From positions 1 to 64,000 of IMG/VR virus record IMGVR_UViG_3300032286_000510: 64,000 nt of DNA; one strand, given 5' to 3'. The position numbers and the translations under genes are program-made. This DNA comes from a virus. The notes beneath the pieces are model-generated. The model had not been told where the DNA came from. It saw only the letters and a program-made list of their open reading frames with translations, and did not search any database. Positions 45,484-57,318 of the stretch are shown in pieces; within the stretch, counting starts at the first letter, position 1; the number at the start of each line of letters is the position of its first letter.

Positions 45484-48400
45484 ATGTCAGAAAACAAAGT
45501 TAAAATTTCAAATATTGTTGAGAATCAAATTCCAGAGTTCCTCAATGAAGAAAATCCTTTATTTAAAGAATTTTTAAATCAGTATTATATTTCTCAAGAA
45601 TTTGATTATTCTATTGTAAATTTAGCAGAAAATATTTTTTCATATAAACATATTGATACTTATAGAAATGTTGGACTATCTACAATTTCTATAAAGTTAA
45701 CATCTAATGTATTGGCATTTGAGGATACAATTGATGTGACCACAACTATTGGATTTCCTCCAAAATATGGTCTATTGAAGGTTAATGATGAAATTATAAC
45801 TTATACTGGAATTACAACAAATTCCTTTACTGGTTGTATTCGTGGATTTAGTGGGATTAGTCAAATCGAAACTGAAGGTAATCCAGAATTTTTAACTTTT
45901 AGTTCAACCGAAGCACAAGAGCACTCATCTGGATCTTTAGTTAGTAATTTAAGTTTCATATTTGTTCAAGAATTTTTCAAAAAATACAAATATCAATTTT
46001 TACCTGGATTCGAAAATAGAACTTTTATTTCTGGAGTATCTATTGAAAATATTTTAACTAGAGCAAAAGATTTTTATAGATCAAAAGGAACTGATAGTGC
46101 TATTAAAATTTTATTTAAAATTTTGTTTGGAAAAAATGTCCAAATCATAAAACCATTTGACAATACAATATCTACATCGGAAGCAGAGTGGATAAGTGTT
46201 GATGAAATGATAGTAGAATCTTTGGATGGAAATCCATCAAACCTCAAAGAAACTACCATATATCAAAATTCTTTTAATTTTCCTACTGCCAGTGGAACAA
46301 TATCAAATGTAGAAGATATTTATTTGGCAAATAAAAAATATTATAAAATTAGTTTTCCAAAATTTACTATTAATGGAAATTTTTTAATTAGCAATAAAAC
46401 CAAAGTAATTGGAAATACACCATCTTCTGATGTTGTTACTGTAGATTCCACTATTGGATTTAAAGATTCTGGTAATTTTTATTATTTGGATAAAGAAAGT
46501 AATGTTTACAACCAAATTGAATATACCTCAAAATCCCATAATCAATTTTTTGGTTGTATTGGACTTACAACTTCATTAACTGAAAATACACCTATTATAG
46601 ATAATAATTTTGTTTATGGTTATGAAAATAATGACATAAACTTAATATGCAAAATGAGAGTTGTTGGTACAATTTCAAATCTTTCTACTGGAGTTGAGAA
46701 TACAAAATATTTTCTTCCTGGTGATAAAATTAAATTAAAATATATTGGCGAGAAAACTTCATTAGATGATAAAAAGTTTTCTACTTGGTTTTATAATAAT
46801 ATTTCATACGTAGAAACTCAATCTGTAGATGCAGCAACAAAAACAATAATAACAAAATCTCCACATTTTTTGCACAAAGGAGATAATGTAGATATTATAA
46901 ACAAATTAACAAATTCAACAACAGTAAGTTCTTCTGAAGTTTCTAGTGTATTAAATTCTACTCAATTTCAAATTACAACAGGATCTTTAGATAATAATAC
47001 AGAATATTATGTTAAGAAAAATTTAAATTTTGTTTCCAGTAATTTAAATTTAAATAGTCTTCTTGCAGATATTCAAAATTCATTTATTGATAAAGACGAA
47101 AATACTTATATTGCATTTTCTGGTTACCCATCATATAGTGCATTAGAAACAACTAACAGATCAAAAACATTTACATCAAACTCTGCGTCTTCAGGTGTAA
47201 TTAATATTAGTTCTCACGGATTCATTACTGGAGATAAAATTTACCTAGAAGCATCTTCAGATATAACTGGTGTATCATCTGGTTATTATTATGCAAATAA
47301 ACTAAATGAAAATTCTATCCAATTGTCTTTAAGTAGATTAAACATATATTCAAATGATTTTTTGATTTTCAACGGATCTGGAGATACCACAAATACAATC
47401 ACACCAGCAGATCTTTATGGAAGTAATTTAATAAATCAAGATAACTTCAAAAGAATTTTAAAAATTCCACAAAAAAATACAAATAATTTGTCATTGAATG
47501 GTCCAATTGGAGTTTTTTTGAATGGTGTAGAATTATATTCTCCAATTTCAAATGATTCTGTATTTTATGGTCAACTACAAAAAATTAATATTTTGGATAG
47601 TGGATTAAATTATGATGTTATAAATCCCGCAACTATTTCAATTGTAGATTCATCTGGAACTGGAGCAGAAGCATATCCGCATTTATCTGGAAATATAGAA
47701 GAAATAATTTTAGAAAATCCTGGATTTAATTATATTGATTTGCCTACAGTAAAAATATCAGGAGGCAATGGATCTGGTTGTGTTGCTGAGGCAAAAATGA
47801 CCTCACATCAGCACTTTGTGTCTTTCTCTGATTTAAAAGTTAATTTAATTTCAAATTCAATTAATTTAGATGATGATCACAAATTTTTTGATGGAGAAGA
47901 AGTAATTTATACTTCTTCTGGTCTTCCAATTGGAATTGGAAGTACGAATGTTGGATTTTCAACATCTTGTTTGACAAATAATGCATTTTATTATATTTCA
48001 AAAATTGATGGGACATCATTTTCTATTGCAGTATCAAAAGAAAATGCATTAGCAAAAACAAATCTTATAGATTTTACATCTTTTGGAAATCAAACACATA
48101 CTTTTAAGTCTTCAAAATTTAAAAATATTATTGATAGAATTTCAATTCAAAATCCAGGAAGTACATATTCAAATAAAAAAGTAGTAGTTGATTCTATTGC
48201 ATATCCACCATTAGAAAAAAAAGATATAATTAAAACTTTTGTTGGCATAAACACCTATGATAATTATATTTTTGCAATAAATCATAATTATAAAAATGGT
48301 GACATACTAACATATTCTGTTGATGGTACTACAATATCTGGATTGTCAACTTCAAATTATTATAAAGTTACAATAATAGATGAAAATAAATTCAAATTAA

Positions 48401-51400
48401 GTTATGCTGGAACTGCTTCAAGTATAAGCACTATAGATTATGATAATAAAATTTATGCAAATTTAACTAATATTGGAGTAGGTACACATACATTTAATTA
48501 TCCACCAATAACTGTAAGTATTTTTGGAAATACTGGTATTTCATCAACAACAATTCCATCATATTATACTGCAACTGCACATGCAGTTGTAAGTGGTAAA
48601 GTTGAAAATGTATTTTTAAAAAAAGGTGGTGTTGGTTATGGTGTTACGAATATTATAAACTTAATAAGAAGACCAGAAGTAATTCTTCAAACTGGAAAAA
48701 ATGCTTCAATTAGAGCAATTGTAAATGATAGTGGAGAAATTTCGGATGTTTATATTATAGACAAAGGGTCTGAATATACAACTCCACCAATTTTAGAGGT
48801 AATTGGTTCAGGAAAGTATGCAAAATTGAACGCAAATATTTTCAATGGTCAAATAACATCAATTAATATTATAAGTAGCGGAAAGGGGTATTCTAAAAAT
48901 AATACTACTATAAAAGTATCTCCTCGTGGATCTGGTGCATTTTTTAATGCCGAAATTCAAAAATGGTCAATAAATGCAGTAGAAAAATATAAAAATATTT
49001 TAGAAACAGAACAATATAAAGGAACTTTACAAATTCCATCTGAAGCAAAATTCAAAGAAAATAAAATAGGTTCATATTATGCAACAAAGGAAATTCGTAA
49101 AATTTTAAATGATAATTTAGACCAAAATACTTTTGAAGAATTAGATGAACTCAATTCACATTCTCCAATTATAGGTTGGGCATATGATGGCAATCCAATT
49201 TATGGTCCATATGGAAATGCAAAAGCTATTGCAGACTCTTCTGGAACTGGTGGATTAAAAAGAATAACATCTAGTTATAATAAATTATCCTCAATTATAG
49301 ATACAAATTTAAGACCACCATATCCAAGTGGATATTTTATTGAAGATTACAATTTTGACAATAGTGGAGATCTTGATGAATATAATGGAAGATTTATTGT
49401 CAATTCAGATTTTCCAAATGGAACTTATGCATATTTTTCAACTTTAGATATAGATAAAAAACCATCATTCCCATATACAACTTTTAAACATCATAATGCA
49501 ACTGATTTATTCAATTATGATGTATTAAAAACTCAATCAGATTTATATTTAAATACTGGAGAGTATAAAAGGAATATTACACCACAAGGAATATCGGAGA
49601 AATATAAAAAATATCCTTTCTTTAATGATAATTTTAATTCTAATGTAAATTTAGAAGTAATTCTCACAAAAAAATCTAAAATTTCAGAAATTATCGTTAA
49701 AGATGGTGGTTCTTCTTATAAAGTCGGAGATGATGTGATATTTTTAAATGATCCAAATATTAATTCAAGTGTAAAGGAAGTTTTGGGGAAAAATATTGTA
49801 TCAATTGCATCTTCGGAAATTATAAATGAAAATCTTGTTTTTTCATTTTTAGATAAAAAAGTTACTGCATTAAGTACAGCTCCTCATAATTTTGTAGATG
49901 GGGACATTGTTGAAATTTCTGGAATTTCAACATCATTATATAAATCTATAGAAGGTCTAAAAACTATTGAGGTTTCATCAATAGTTGCATCACTGTCTGT
50001 TTCTATTGGAAACACAAGCACCACTGGAATTACTACATTTATTTCAATTTCAGATCCAACTTCAAATGGCAATTTTACACCAAACAATATTATACAGATC
50101 GAATCCGAACAATTATTAATTTTGAATCTTGATAATTATAACAATAGGTATAGAGTTCAAAGAGCATATAATAATACAGTTGGATCAGCACATACGGCAA
50201 CAAGTATAGTTCGTTTATTGCCAAAATCATTTACATTTGATAATAATCTACCAATACCAACAAATAACGAAACAAATTATTCATATTATTTTAATCCAAA
50301 CAATTCTATCGGAATTGGCAGTAGTTATACCAATATTATTGTAGAGACTTCTGGAAGTAATAATATTGTAAAATCTGTCCCACCAAAAGCAATATATCTT
50401 CCAAATCATAAATTTAATACTGGAGATTTATTGTCATATACTTCCATAGGTTCAACAATAGTTGCATCAAAAGATAGTTCGCTAACACCAACATTTAAAC
50501 TAAATGATTTTCAAAATTTATATTGTGTTAAAATTAGCGATGAATATATTGGGATTTCCACAGAAAAAGTTGGTTTTACAACTTCTTCTGTTTATTTTGT
50601 TTCATATACAGGAACAAATCATAATTTTGAATCCATCAAAAATCAAATAACAGGGAATTCCAAAAAAGTAAATGTCACAGTAACTGTTGATGAATCAATT
50701 GATTTGAAGGTAGATGATAATATAAATTTAAATATATTACCAAAATTAAATCAATCTTTTAATTTTAAATTCAATAGCGTTATAAAAAAATTAGTTGTCA
50801 ATCCAGTTTCATTTGCATCGACAGCAGTTGGTGTTGGAACTGCAAATTCCACAATAACAATTAATAACCATAACTATAAAACTGGAGATGTGGTAGTATA
50901 CACTGCAGCAAATCCAATTACACCTCTTGTAAATAATGAAATTTATTATGTCATAAAGACATCAAATTCTTCCATTAAGCTAGCATCAAATTCATATAAT
51001 GCTTCTAAATTAGATTATGAATATATTGGAATTTCTTCGTATGGATCGGGAACTCACGATTTATCGCTAATCAACCCAAAGTTAACTTTTTATAAAGGAA
51101 ATAATGTTTCTATAGCAGTATCAGATACTAGTTTGTCTGGATATGATATTAAATTTTATTATGACAATCAGTTTAAATCAGAATACAATTCAACTTTAAT
51201 AAGAAAATATGGAACAATTGGAGATTCAAACCCTTCATCAAGAATAAATGTTTATATTGGTGATTCGATTGAAAATCAATTTTTTTATAGAATTGAAGGA
51301 AAAGATATAAATTTTACCGATACTTATCCATCATCAACAAATACTGATGTTAAAAATTATTCATTAATAGAAATAAAACAATCGATATATAATGGATCTC

Positions 51401-54400
51401 ATATTATTTCTGGAGTTGGAACAACTTCATTTGATTTTACTTTAGTTGGAACAGCAGAGACAACATCATATGTCTCATCTGGTTTTTCAACTGCGTATTA
51501 CTCTACAGATTCTAAAAATACAAAAGGAAAAATATTTTCAATAAAAACAATTAATTTTGGATCAAATTTACAAAAAATACCTCAAATATCTTCTATACAA
51601 TCAGATGAAGGAACTAATGGAGTTCTTTCAATTGAATCTAATGATATTGGAACCGTAAAAGATATTAGAGTTATAAATCAAGGTCTTGAATTTTCAAACA
51701 ATAAAACATTAACTCCAAAAGCAGATACATATACTATTTTAAAATTAAAAAATGTATATAAATTAAAAACAATTGGAATTACCACTGGTGGCAAAAATTA
51801 TACTACTGCGCCAAATGTAATTGCCGTTGGAAACTCATCAATTTTAACAAGAACTTCAATACAAGGAAGTTCTGTAGAAAAAATAGAAATTATTTCAAAT
51901 GACAGTGGATTGACAAATGACATTAGAATTTTACCAACCAACAATTCAAATGGAGTTGGTATTATTAATGCATCATCAAGTTTTAAACTTAATACTTTGT
52001 ATCTGAAAGCACCTCTTTTGGGATTTACAGAATTTCCATTTAATATTGGCGATAAAATTTTTGTGGAAAACATATCAATAACTGATTCGTCCGATGGTTA
52101 TAATTCAAGCGATTATGATTACAAATATTTTACAGTCACTGGAATTAATACAATTTCTGGTTCGGAATATGTTAGATATTCAATTTCTGGTCTTGGCAAT
52201 ACTGGTGGATTATTTGATTCAACAAAAACTTTTGGTAGAGTTATAAAAGTAAATGATTTGGCTTCATTTGACGTAGAATTTGAAAAAATTAATTTTTTAG
52301 AAGGAGAAAAGATAACTCAATTGAGCGACAATACAACTGCATATGTCTCCGAAAATGGTTGGGACCCAGAAGCACAAACTTTGAAGGTTATCAATATTGA
52401 TGGAAAATTCAACGAAGACAGTCAAATAAAAGGATCTGTAGGAAATTACAAATCAAGTATTGATTCTATATATTCATTTGATTTTGATTTAAATGTCAAT
52501 TCAACTACTAAAAAAAATAAAAATTGGAACACAGACAAAGGAAAATTAAATTTTGATAGTCAAAGAATTCAAGATAGTGATTATTATCAAAGATTTTCAT
52601 ATTCTATAAAAGGAGAAGTTGAATATGATGCTTGGAAAGAATCAGTCAACAGTTTAACTCATACATCTGGTTTTAAAAACTTTTCTAATTTAGAAATACT
52701 AAACGGTGTTGGAAAAACATCTTCTATAAAATCAACTGATTCACAAATTGATTTGAATGTTGAAATATTAAGTTCGGCTTCAGTAAATGATAGATTGTAC
52801 TATGATTTTGCTTCCGAAGATACTAATAACCAATCACTATCAAAAATAATTAAATTTGATTCTAAAATTATTACAGACTATAACGAATCAAGAACTAATA
52901 AAGTTTTAGAAATTGATGATATTAGTTCACAATTTACAGGAATAACAACTACTCTTGGTGGTCAAATTGTTGGTCTGACTTCATTTAGATTGTATAATAA
53001 TACAAATACACTATTATACAAAAATTTTAATTCTTCTGCAATAACAACATCTTTATCACTAATAACAATTACCGATCACGAATTTAATACTGGAGAGATA
53101 TTGCAATATTCTCCAAATGGAGGAACACCAATTGGAATTATAACAACAACAGTAGTTGGTGTTGGAACGACAACCATATTACCATCTAATGTGTATGCTA
53201 TTAAAATATCTAAAGATACGATTAAACTGGCAATAGGATCGTCTGAAGCATCTTCTGGAGTAGCAATAACATTTACTTCTTCTGGCATTGGAACACAACA
53301 TAGTCTTTCTGTTGAATCAGAATTGGCTACAAGTAGATGTTTTATTACTGTTGATAACATAATTCAAAGTCCACTATCAAGAAAAGACATATTAGTAGGA
53401 TTATCCACTCAAGTTGGATTGACCACAACAACAATTTATTTAAATGATATTTCAAAAATTCAAGGAAAATCATTAATAAAAATAGAAAATGAAATTGTTA
53501 AAGTTAATTTGGTTGGTGTTGGATCAACTAATTCTCTCAATGTCATTAGAAGTTATATGGGATCTGTTGCATCCGCACATACTGTTGGTGCAGCAGTTAC
53601 CGTATTATCTGGTGATTATAGAATAAAAAAAGGTACAATTTATTTTTCAGATGCTCCTTATGGTCCAACGGGAATTGGTTCATTAACATCAAAATCAACT
53701 TTTGCCGGAAGAGTATTTTATCGTTTAAATTATGATACAAATCACATTATTGATGATATTTCAGAATCATTTAACAGTATTCAAAATAAATTTGATTTAA
53801 AAACAAATGGAACAACTTTGTCTGGAATACAAACCAGTTTTGGAGTTGTTTTAGTTAATAATATTTTTCAAAGACCATTTTACGGTGACGTTGGATCTAT
53901 CTTGGAATCGGATTATCAAATTGTGGGTACTGGACAAACAATTAGTTTTACTGGATCAAATTATAAAAATTTACCAAGAGGTGGTGTAATTAATGAGTTT
54001 GACGTAATAAATGGAAGTGGATATCAAACACCATACAGAGCGTCTGCATATGTTACTGTTTCTGTTGGTGGAACAATTCAATCAATAGGATTATCAACTG
54101 GAGGATCTGGTTATATTGCCGCACCTAGAGTTTCTATTGCAGATACACTTGGAATTGGAGTATCAATTGTTTCGTCAATAACAAATGGAATTGTAACTTC
54201 ATTTACGATAGTAAATCCAGGAAGTGGATATACAACTTCCAGTCCACCTATAGTTACTATAGATGAACCATATCCATACAAAAATCTATTATTGACTGGT
54301 GGCAATGGAACTGGAGCAAAAATGAATGTAGTAGTTGGCACTGGGGGAAGTATAATTTCATTTGACTTACAGGATCGTGGATATGGATACAATATCGGTG

Positions 54401-55722
54401 ATGTGTTGACTCTTTCTGGAATACCATTCAGAACTGGAATTGGAACTACTGCATTTAAAATTACAGTAAAGAATAGATATCAAAGCAAATTCTCTGGTTG
54501 GACTTTTGGTCAATTATTAGAACTTGACGATTTTAGTAATTTATTTAATGGATCCAGAAAGTCATTTTTATTAACAAGAACTATAGTCACTAAAGAATAC
54601 TATAGCATAAATGCACAAAAAGATTCTGGAATTATTTTGAAAAATAATTTACTTATTTTCTTAAATGATGTATTACAAAAACCAGAAATAGATTATACTT
54701 TCAATGGTGGAACTAGAATTACATTCCAAGAAGCACCAAAATATGGAAGTAAATTAAAAATTTATTTTTATGTTGGATCTTCGGAAGATTATGTGATTAT
54801 TGATGTGGATCAATCAGTAAAACCAGGAGATAGATTGAGATTGCAAGAACAAAATAACGTCCCATCTCAAGATGAAAGAATCATTTATGAATTAATTGCT
54901 TCGGATAGCGTCGAAACACAAACTTATGGTGGTATTGGAATAGTAACAGATTCCACATTCTTGAGACCAATAGTTTGGACAAAACAATCTTCAGATCTTA
55001 TTATTGATGGAATCAAAATATCAAAACAAAGAGATTATCTCGAACCGCAAATATATCCAAGTACAAATATCATTGCTTCAGTTGCATCAACTGATTCAAA
55101 AATTTATGTCAAAAATACATATCCATTGTTTAATAACTTGGATGACCTATCGCAAACTTTAAATGATATTATAATTGTTGGTTTGGGAACTACTGCAGTG
55201 ACCGAAAAAATAAAAAAAGTCACATATTCTGGAGATTATGGGATTGTTGTTGGAATTGCGACAAGTGCTACTGGAATAAGCACATCATCACCTATGATTA
55301 TTTTTGACATAAATCCAAATCCAAATATTTCCGGAAATGTAATTAGACCAGGAATTTCAACAGGTGATTATTTTGTTATTGAAAATACAATAATTGGTTC
55401 CGGTGTAACTTCCATAAAGAATAATTTATCTTCGGTTGTTTCTGTTGGAAATAGTTTTATTGATAATGTTTATTATGCAAGTAATATTGTTTCGGTTGGA
55501 TCAAGCACTCTTCGTGTATATTCAAATGTAACATCTATTTCTGGAGTAAACACATCTACATTACCTAATCTTAATTTTTACGGAACTTATACTTGGGGAT
55601 CAATCAATATATCTAGAAATCCAAATTCTAAATCATTTCAATTTTATAATCAAAATGGTATTGCTGGAATCGAAACGTCAGCACACGTTTCTAGATTATT
55701 GCAATTGAGATTAACTTATTAA
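45484..55722 (+). CDS. gp7: baseplate wedge initiator gp7-like (3412 aa)
   Basis: Between gp6 and gp8; QIPEF...FYRSKGT; HSPIIGWAYDGNPIYGPYG; G.GY repeats. Confidence 0.88.
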   Translation: MSENKVKISNIVENQIPEFLNEENPLFKEFLNQYYISQEFDYSIVNLAENIFSYKHIDTYRNVGLSTISIKLTSNVLAFEDTIDVTTTIGFPPKYGLLKVNDEIITYTGITTNSFTGCIRGFSGISQIETEGNPEFLTFSSTEAQEHSSGSLVSNLSFIFVQEFFKKYKYQFLPGFENRTFISGVSIENILTRAKDFYRSKGTDSAIKILFKILFGKNVQIIKPFDNTISTSEAEWISVDEMIVESLDGNPSNLKETTIYQNSFNFPTASGTISNVEDIYLANKKYYKISFPKFTINGNFLISNKTKVIGNTPSSDVVTVDSTIGFKDSGNFYYLDKESNVYNQIEYTSKSHNQFFGCIGLTTSLTENTPIIDNNFVYGYENNDINLICKMRVVGTISNLSTGVENTKYFLPGDKIKLKYIGEKTSLDDKKFSTWFYNNISYVETQSVDAATKTIITKSPHFLHKGDNVDIINKLTNSTTVSSSEVSSVLNSTQFQITTGSLDNNTEYYVKKNLNFVSSNLNLNSLLADIQNSFIDKDENTYIAFSGYPSYSALETTNRSKTFTSNSASSGVINISSHGFITGDKIYLEASSDITGVSSGYYYANKLNENSIQLSLSRLNIYSNDFLIFNGSGDTTNTITPADLYGSNLINQDNFKRILKIPQKNTNNLSLNGPIGVFLNGVELYSPISNDSVFYGQLQKINILDSGLNYDVINPATISIVDSSGTGAEAYPHLSGNIEEIILENPGFNYIDLPTVKISGGNGSGCVAEAKMTSHQHFVSFSDLKVNLISNSINLDDDHKFFDGEEVIYTSSGLPIGIGSTNVGFSTSCLTNNAFYYISKIDGTSFSIAVSKENALAKTNLIDFTSFGNQTHTFKSSKFKNIIDRISIQNPGSTYSNKKVVVDSIAYPPLEKKDIIKTFVGINTYDNYIFAINHNYKNGDILTYSVDGTTISGLSTSNYYKVTIIDENKFKLSYAGTASSISTIDYDNKIYANLTNIGVGTHTFNYPPITVSIFGNTGISSTTIPSYYTATAHAVVSGKVENVFLKKGGVGYGVTNIINLIRRPEVILQTGKNASIRAIVNDSGEISDVYIIDKGSEYTTPPILEVIGSGKYAKLNANIFNGQITSINIISSGKGYSKNNTTIKVSPRGSGAFFNAEIQKWSINAVEKYKNILETEQYKGTLQIPSEAKFKENKIGSYYATKEIRKILNDNLDQNTFEELDELNSHSPIIGWAYDGNPIYGPYGNAKAIADSSGTGGLKRITSSYNKLSSIIDTNLRPPYPSGYFIEDYNFDNSGDLDEYNGRFIVNSDFPNGTYAYFSTLDIDKKPSFPYTTFKHHNATDLFNYDVLKTQSDLYLNTGEYKRNITPQGISEKYKKYPFFNDNFNSNVNLEVILTKKSKISEIIVKDGGSSYKVGDDVIFLNDPNINSSVKEVLGKNIVSIASSEIINENLVFSFLDKKVTALSTAPHNFVDGDIVEISGISTSLYKSIEGLKTIEVSSIVASLSVSIGNTSTTGITTFISISDPTSNGNFTPNNIIQIESEQLLILNLDNYNNRYRVQRAYNNTVGSAHTATSIVRLLPKSFTFDNNLPIPTNNETNYSYYFNPNNSIGIGSSYTNIIVETSGSNNIVKSVPPKAIYLPNHKFNTGDLLSYTSIGSTIVASKDSSLTPTFKLNDFQNLYCVKISDEYIGISTEKVGFTTSSVYFVSYTGTNHNFESIKNQITGNSKKVNVTVTVDESIDLKVDDNINLNILPKLNQSFNFKFNSVIKKLVVNPVSFASTAVGVGTANSTITINNHNYKTGDVVVYTAANPITPLVNNEIYYVIKTSNSSIKLASNSYNASKLDYEYIGISSYGSGTHDLSLINPKLTFYKGNNVSIAVSDTSLSGYDIKFYYDNQFKSEYNSTLIRKYGTIGDSNPSSRINVYIGDSIENQFFYRIEGKDINFTDTYPSSTNTDVKNYSLIEIKQSIYNGSHIISGVGTTSFDFTLVGTAETTSYVSSGFSTAYYSTDSKNTKGKIFSIKTINFGSNLQKIPQISSIQSDEGTNGVLSIESNDIGTVKDIRVINQGLEFSNNKTLTPKADTYTILKLKNVYKLKTIGITTGGKNYTTAPNVIAVGNSSILTRTSIQGSSVEKIEIISNDSGLTNDIRILPTNNSNGVGIINASSSFKLNTLYLKAPLLGFTEFPFNIGDKIFVENISITDSSDGYNSSDYDYKYFTVTGINTISGSEYVRYSISGLGNTGGLFDSTKTFGRVIKVNDLASFDVEFEKINFLEGEKITQLSDNTTAYVSENGWDPEAQTLKVINIDGKFNEDSQIKGSVGNYKSSIDSIYSFDFDLNVNSTTKKNKNWNTDKGKLNFDSQRIQDSDYYQRFSYSIKGEVEYDAWKESVNSLTHTSGFKNFSNLEILNGVGKTSSIKSTDSQIDLNVEILSSASVNDRLYYDFASEDTNNQSLSKIIKFDSKIITDYNESRTNKVLEIDDISSQFTGITTTLGGQIVGLTSFRLYNNTNTLLYKNFNSSAITTSLSLITITDHEFNTGEILQYSPNGGTPIGIITTTVVGVGTTTILPSNVYAIKISKDTIKLAIGSSEASSGVAITFTSSGIGTQHSLSVESELATSRCFITVDNIIQSPLSRKDILVGLSTQVGLTTTTIYLNDISKIQGKSLIKIENEIVKVNLVGVGSTNSLNVIRSYMGSVASAHTVGAAVTVLSGDYRIKKGTIYFSDAPYGPTGIGSLTSKSTFAGRVFYRLNYDTNHIIDDISESFNSIQNKFDLKTNGTTLSGIQTSFGVVLVNNIFQRPFYGDVGSILESDYQIVGTGQTISFTGSNYKNLPRGGVINEFDVINGSGYQTPYRASAYVTVSVGGTIQSIGLSTGGSGYIAAPRVSIADTLGIGVSIVSSITNGIVTSFTIVNPGSGYTTSSPPIVTIDEPYPYKNLLLTGGNGTGAKMNVVVGTGGSIISFDLQDRGYGYNIGDVLTLSGIPFRTGIGTTAFKITVKNRYQSKFSGWTFGQLLELDDFSNLFNGSRKSFLLTRTIVTKEYYSINAQKDSGIILKNNLLIFLNDVLQKPEIDYTFNGGTRITFQEAPKYGSKLKIYFYVGSSEDYVIIDVDQSVKPGDRLRLQEQNNVPSQDERIIYELIASDSVETQTYGGIGIVTDSTFLRPIVWTKQSSDLIIDGIKISKQRDYLEPQIYPSTNIIASVASTDSKIYVKNTYPLFNNLDDLSQTLNDIIIVGLGTTAVTEKIKKVTYSGDYGIVVGIATSATGISTSSPMIIFDINPNPNISGNVIRPGISTGDYFVIENTIIGSGVTSIKNNLSSVVSVGNSFIDNVYYASNIVSVGSSTLRVYSNVTSISGVNTSTLPNLNFYGTYTWGSINISRNPNSKSFQFYNQNGIAGIETSAHVSRLLQLRLTY

Positions 55723-55751
55723 TTAAAGTATAAATAGTCAAAAAGAACAAA

Positions 55752-57314
55752 ATGCCCGCTATAATTACTGATCAATTTAGAATATTAAATACAGAAACTT
55801 TTGTTAAAAGTTTTACTGGAATTGGTACTACGACAAATTACTATTATAGTTTTTTGGCTCATCCAAATCCCACAAACACAACTATTGAAAATTATGGTAC
55901 TTCTAATTGGCAAGCACAGCCACCAGAACCAAAAGATTCATTTAGGGATGGGAATTCATACTTTGATAGTATGTTATTTTTGAAAAGGATAACATCCAAT
56001 GATGTTGCTAGAATTATTCCTAGATTGAATTGGGAATCTGGTGTAAGTTATGATATGTATAGAAATAATTATAGTATTGACAATCCTGCTCCACAAACTG
56101 ACGCAAAAACTTTATACGAATCTAGGTTTTATGTAATAAATTCCGAGTATAAAGTATATATTTGTTTAAATAATGGATCAAATCCAGAATATCCAAAAGG
56201 ACAAAAATCATTATATGAACCAAATTTCGTAGATACAAATCCGCAAATAGCAGGGGATGATGGATACTTATGGAAATATCTTTACACAATTTCTCCATCA
56301 GACATCTTGAAATTTACAACTGAAACTTATATTCCTGTTCCAAAAACTTGGGGTGATCCGACAACAGAATCTATCAAAAATTCTGCAGTTAATGGAAAAA
56401 TACAGACTGTAATTATAAAAAATAGAGGATTGGGGTATACACTTTCCGGTGGTGGTGGTTCAACTGGAACTATTACTGACATTCCAATATTAGGAGATGG
56501 AACTGGAGGAACAGTATCAATAACAATCAATGGTGGAGAAATTGATACAATACAAGTTACAAATGGTGGTTCTAATTACACTAAAGGATTCATAAACTTT
56601 GGTAGTGGTTTTGGGGGAATTCCAGAGATTACAGGAGGTTCTGGGGGTTCTTTGGAGGTGATTATTCCCCCAATTGGTGGTCATGGATTTGATATTTACA
56701 AAGAACTTGGATCATATAGAGTTATGATCTATTCAAAATATGATTCTGACCCAGATTATGTTATTGGAAATAATTTTTCAAGAATTGGAATAGTCAAAAA
56801 TCCAGTTGTTTATGGCAGTCAAGTAGATCCAATAAATACTTCCACAGCAACAAATCTTGGTGCATTGAAATTAAAACCAGTGGGATCTGGCAATACGTCG
56901 GATACAACATATCCAATAAATGCATTAATAACACAATCTGTTGGGGTTGGATCCACTGCGGTTGGATATGTTGCTTCTTGGAATGGAAATACTGGCATTT
57001 TAAAATACTATCAACCAGTTGGACTATCAACTTTGTCTACATATGGTTATAAGTTAAATTCATTTGTTGGTTCTGAAACAACAATAAATTGCTCCAATGT
57101 CACTGGGTCTCCGTTAATTGTGGATACATCATTCTTTGGTGACAATATTCAAGTTGGCGGAAAAATAATTCAACTTGGACAAACTTTTATTGGTGGAATT
57201 TCAAATCCAGATATAAAAAAATATTATGGTGAAATCATTTATATTGACAACAGAGCTCCAATAACGAGATCTGCTTCACAAAAAGAAGAATTAAAAATTG
57301 TAGTAGAATTCTAA
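55752..57314 (+). CDS. gp8: baseplate wedge subunit gp8
   Basis: MPAIITDQFRI; YKVYICLNN; DGYLWKYLY; YIDNRAPITR..SQKEELKIVVEF. Confidence 0.92.
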   Translation: MPAIITDQFRILNTETFVKSFTGIGTTTNYYYSFLAHPNPTNTTIENYGTSNWQAQPPEPKDSFRDGNSYFDSMLFLKRITSNDVARIIPRLNWESGVSYDMYRNNYSIDNPAPQTDAKTLYESRFYVINSEYKVYICLNNGSNPEYPKGQKSLYEPNFVDTNPQIAGDDGYLWKYLYTISPSDILKFTTETYIPVPKTWGDPTTESIKNSAVNGKIQTVIIKNRGLGYTLSGGGGSTGTITDIPILGDGTGGTVSITINGGEIDTIQVTNGGSNYTKGFINFGSGFGGIPEITGGSGGSLEVIIPPIGGHGFDIYKELGSYRVMIYSKYDSDPDYVIGNNFSRIGIVKNPVVYGSQVDPINTSTATNLGALKLKPVGSGNTSDTTYPINALITQSVGVGSTAVGYVASWNGNTGILKYYQPVGLSTLSTYGYKLNSFVGSETTINCSNVTGSPLIVDTSFFGDNIQVGGKIIQLGQTFIGGISNPDIKKYYGEIIYIDNRAPITRSASQKEELKIVVEF

Positions 57315-57318
57315 AGAA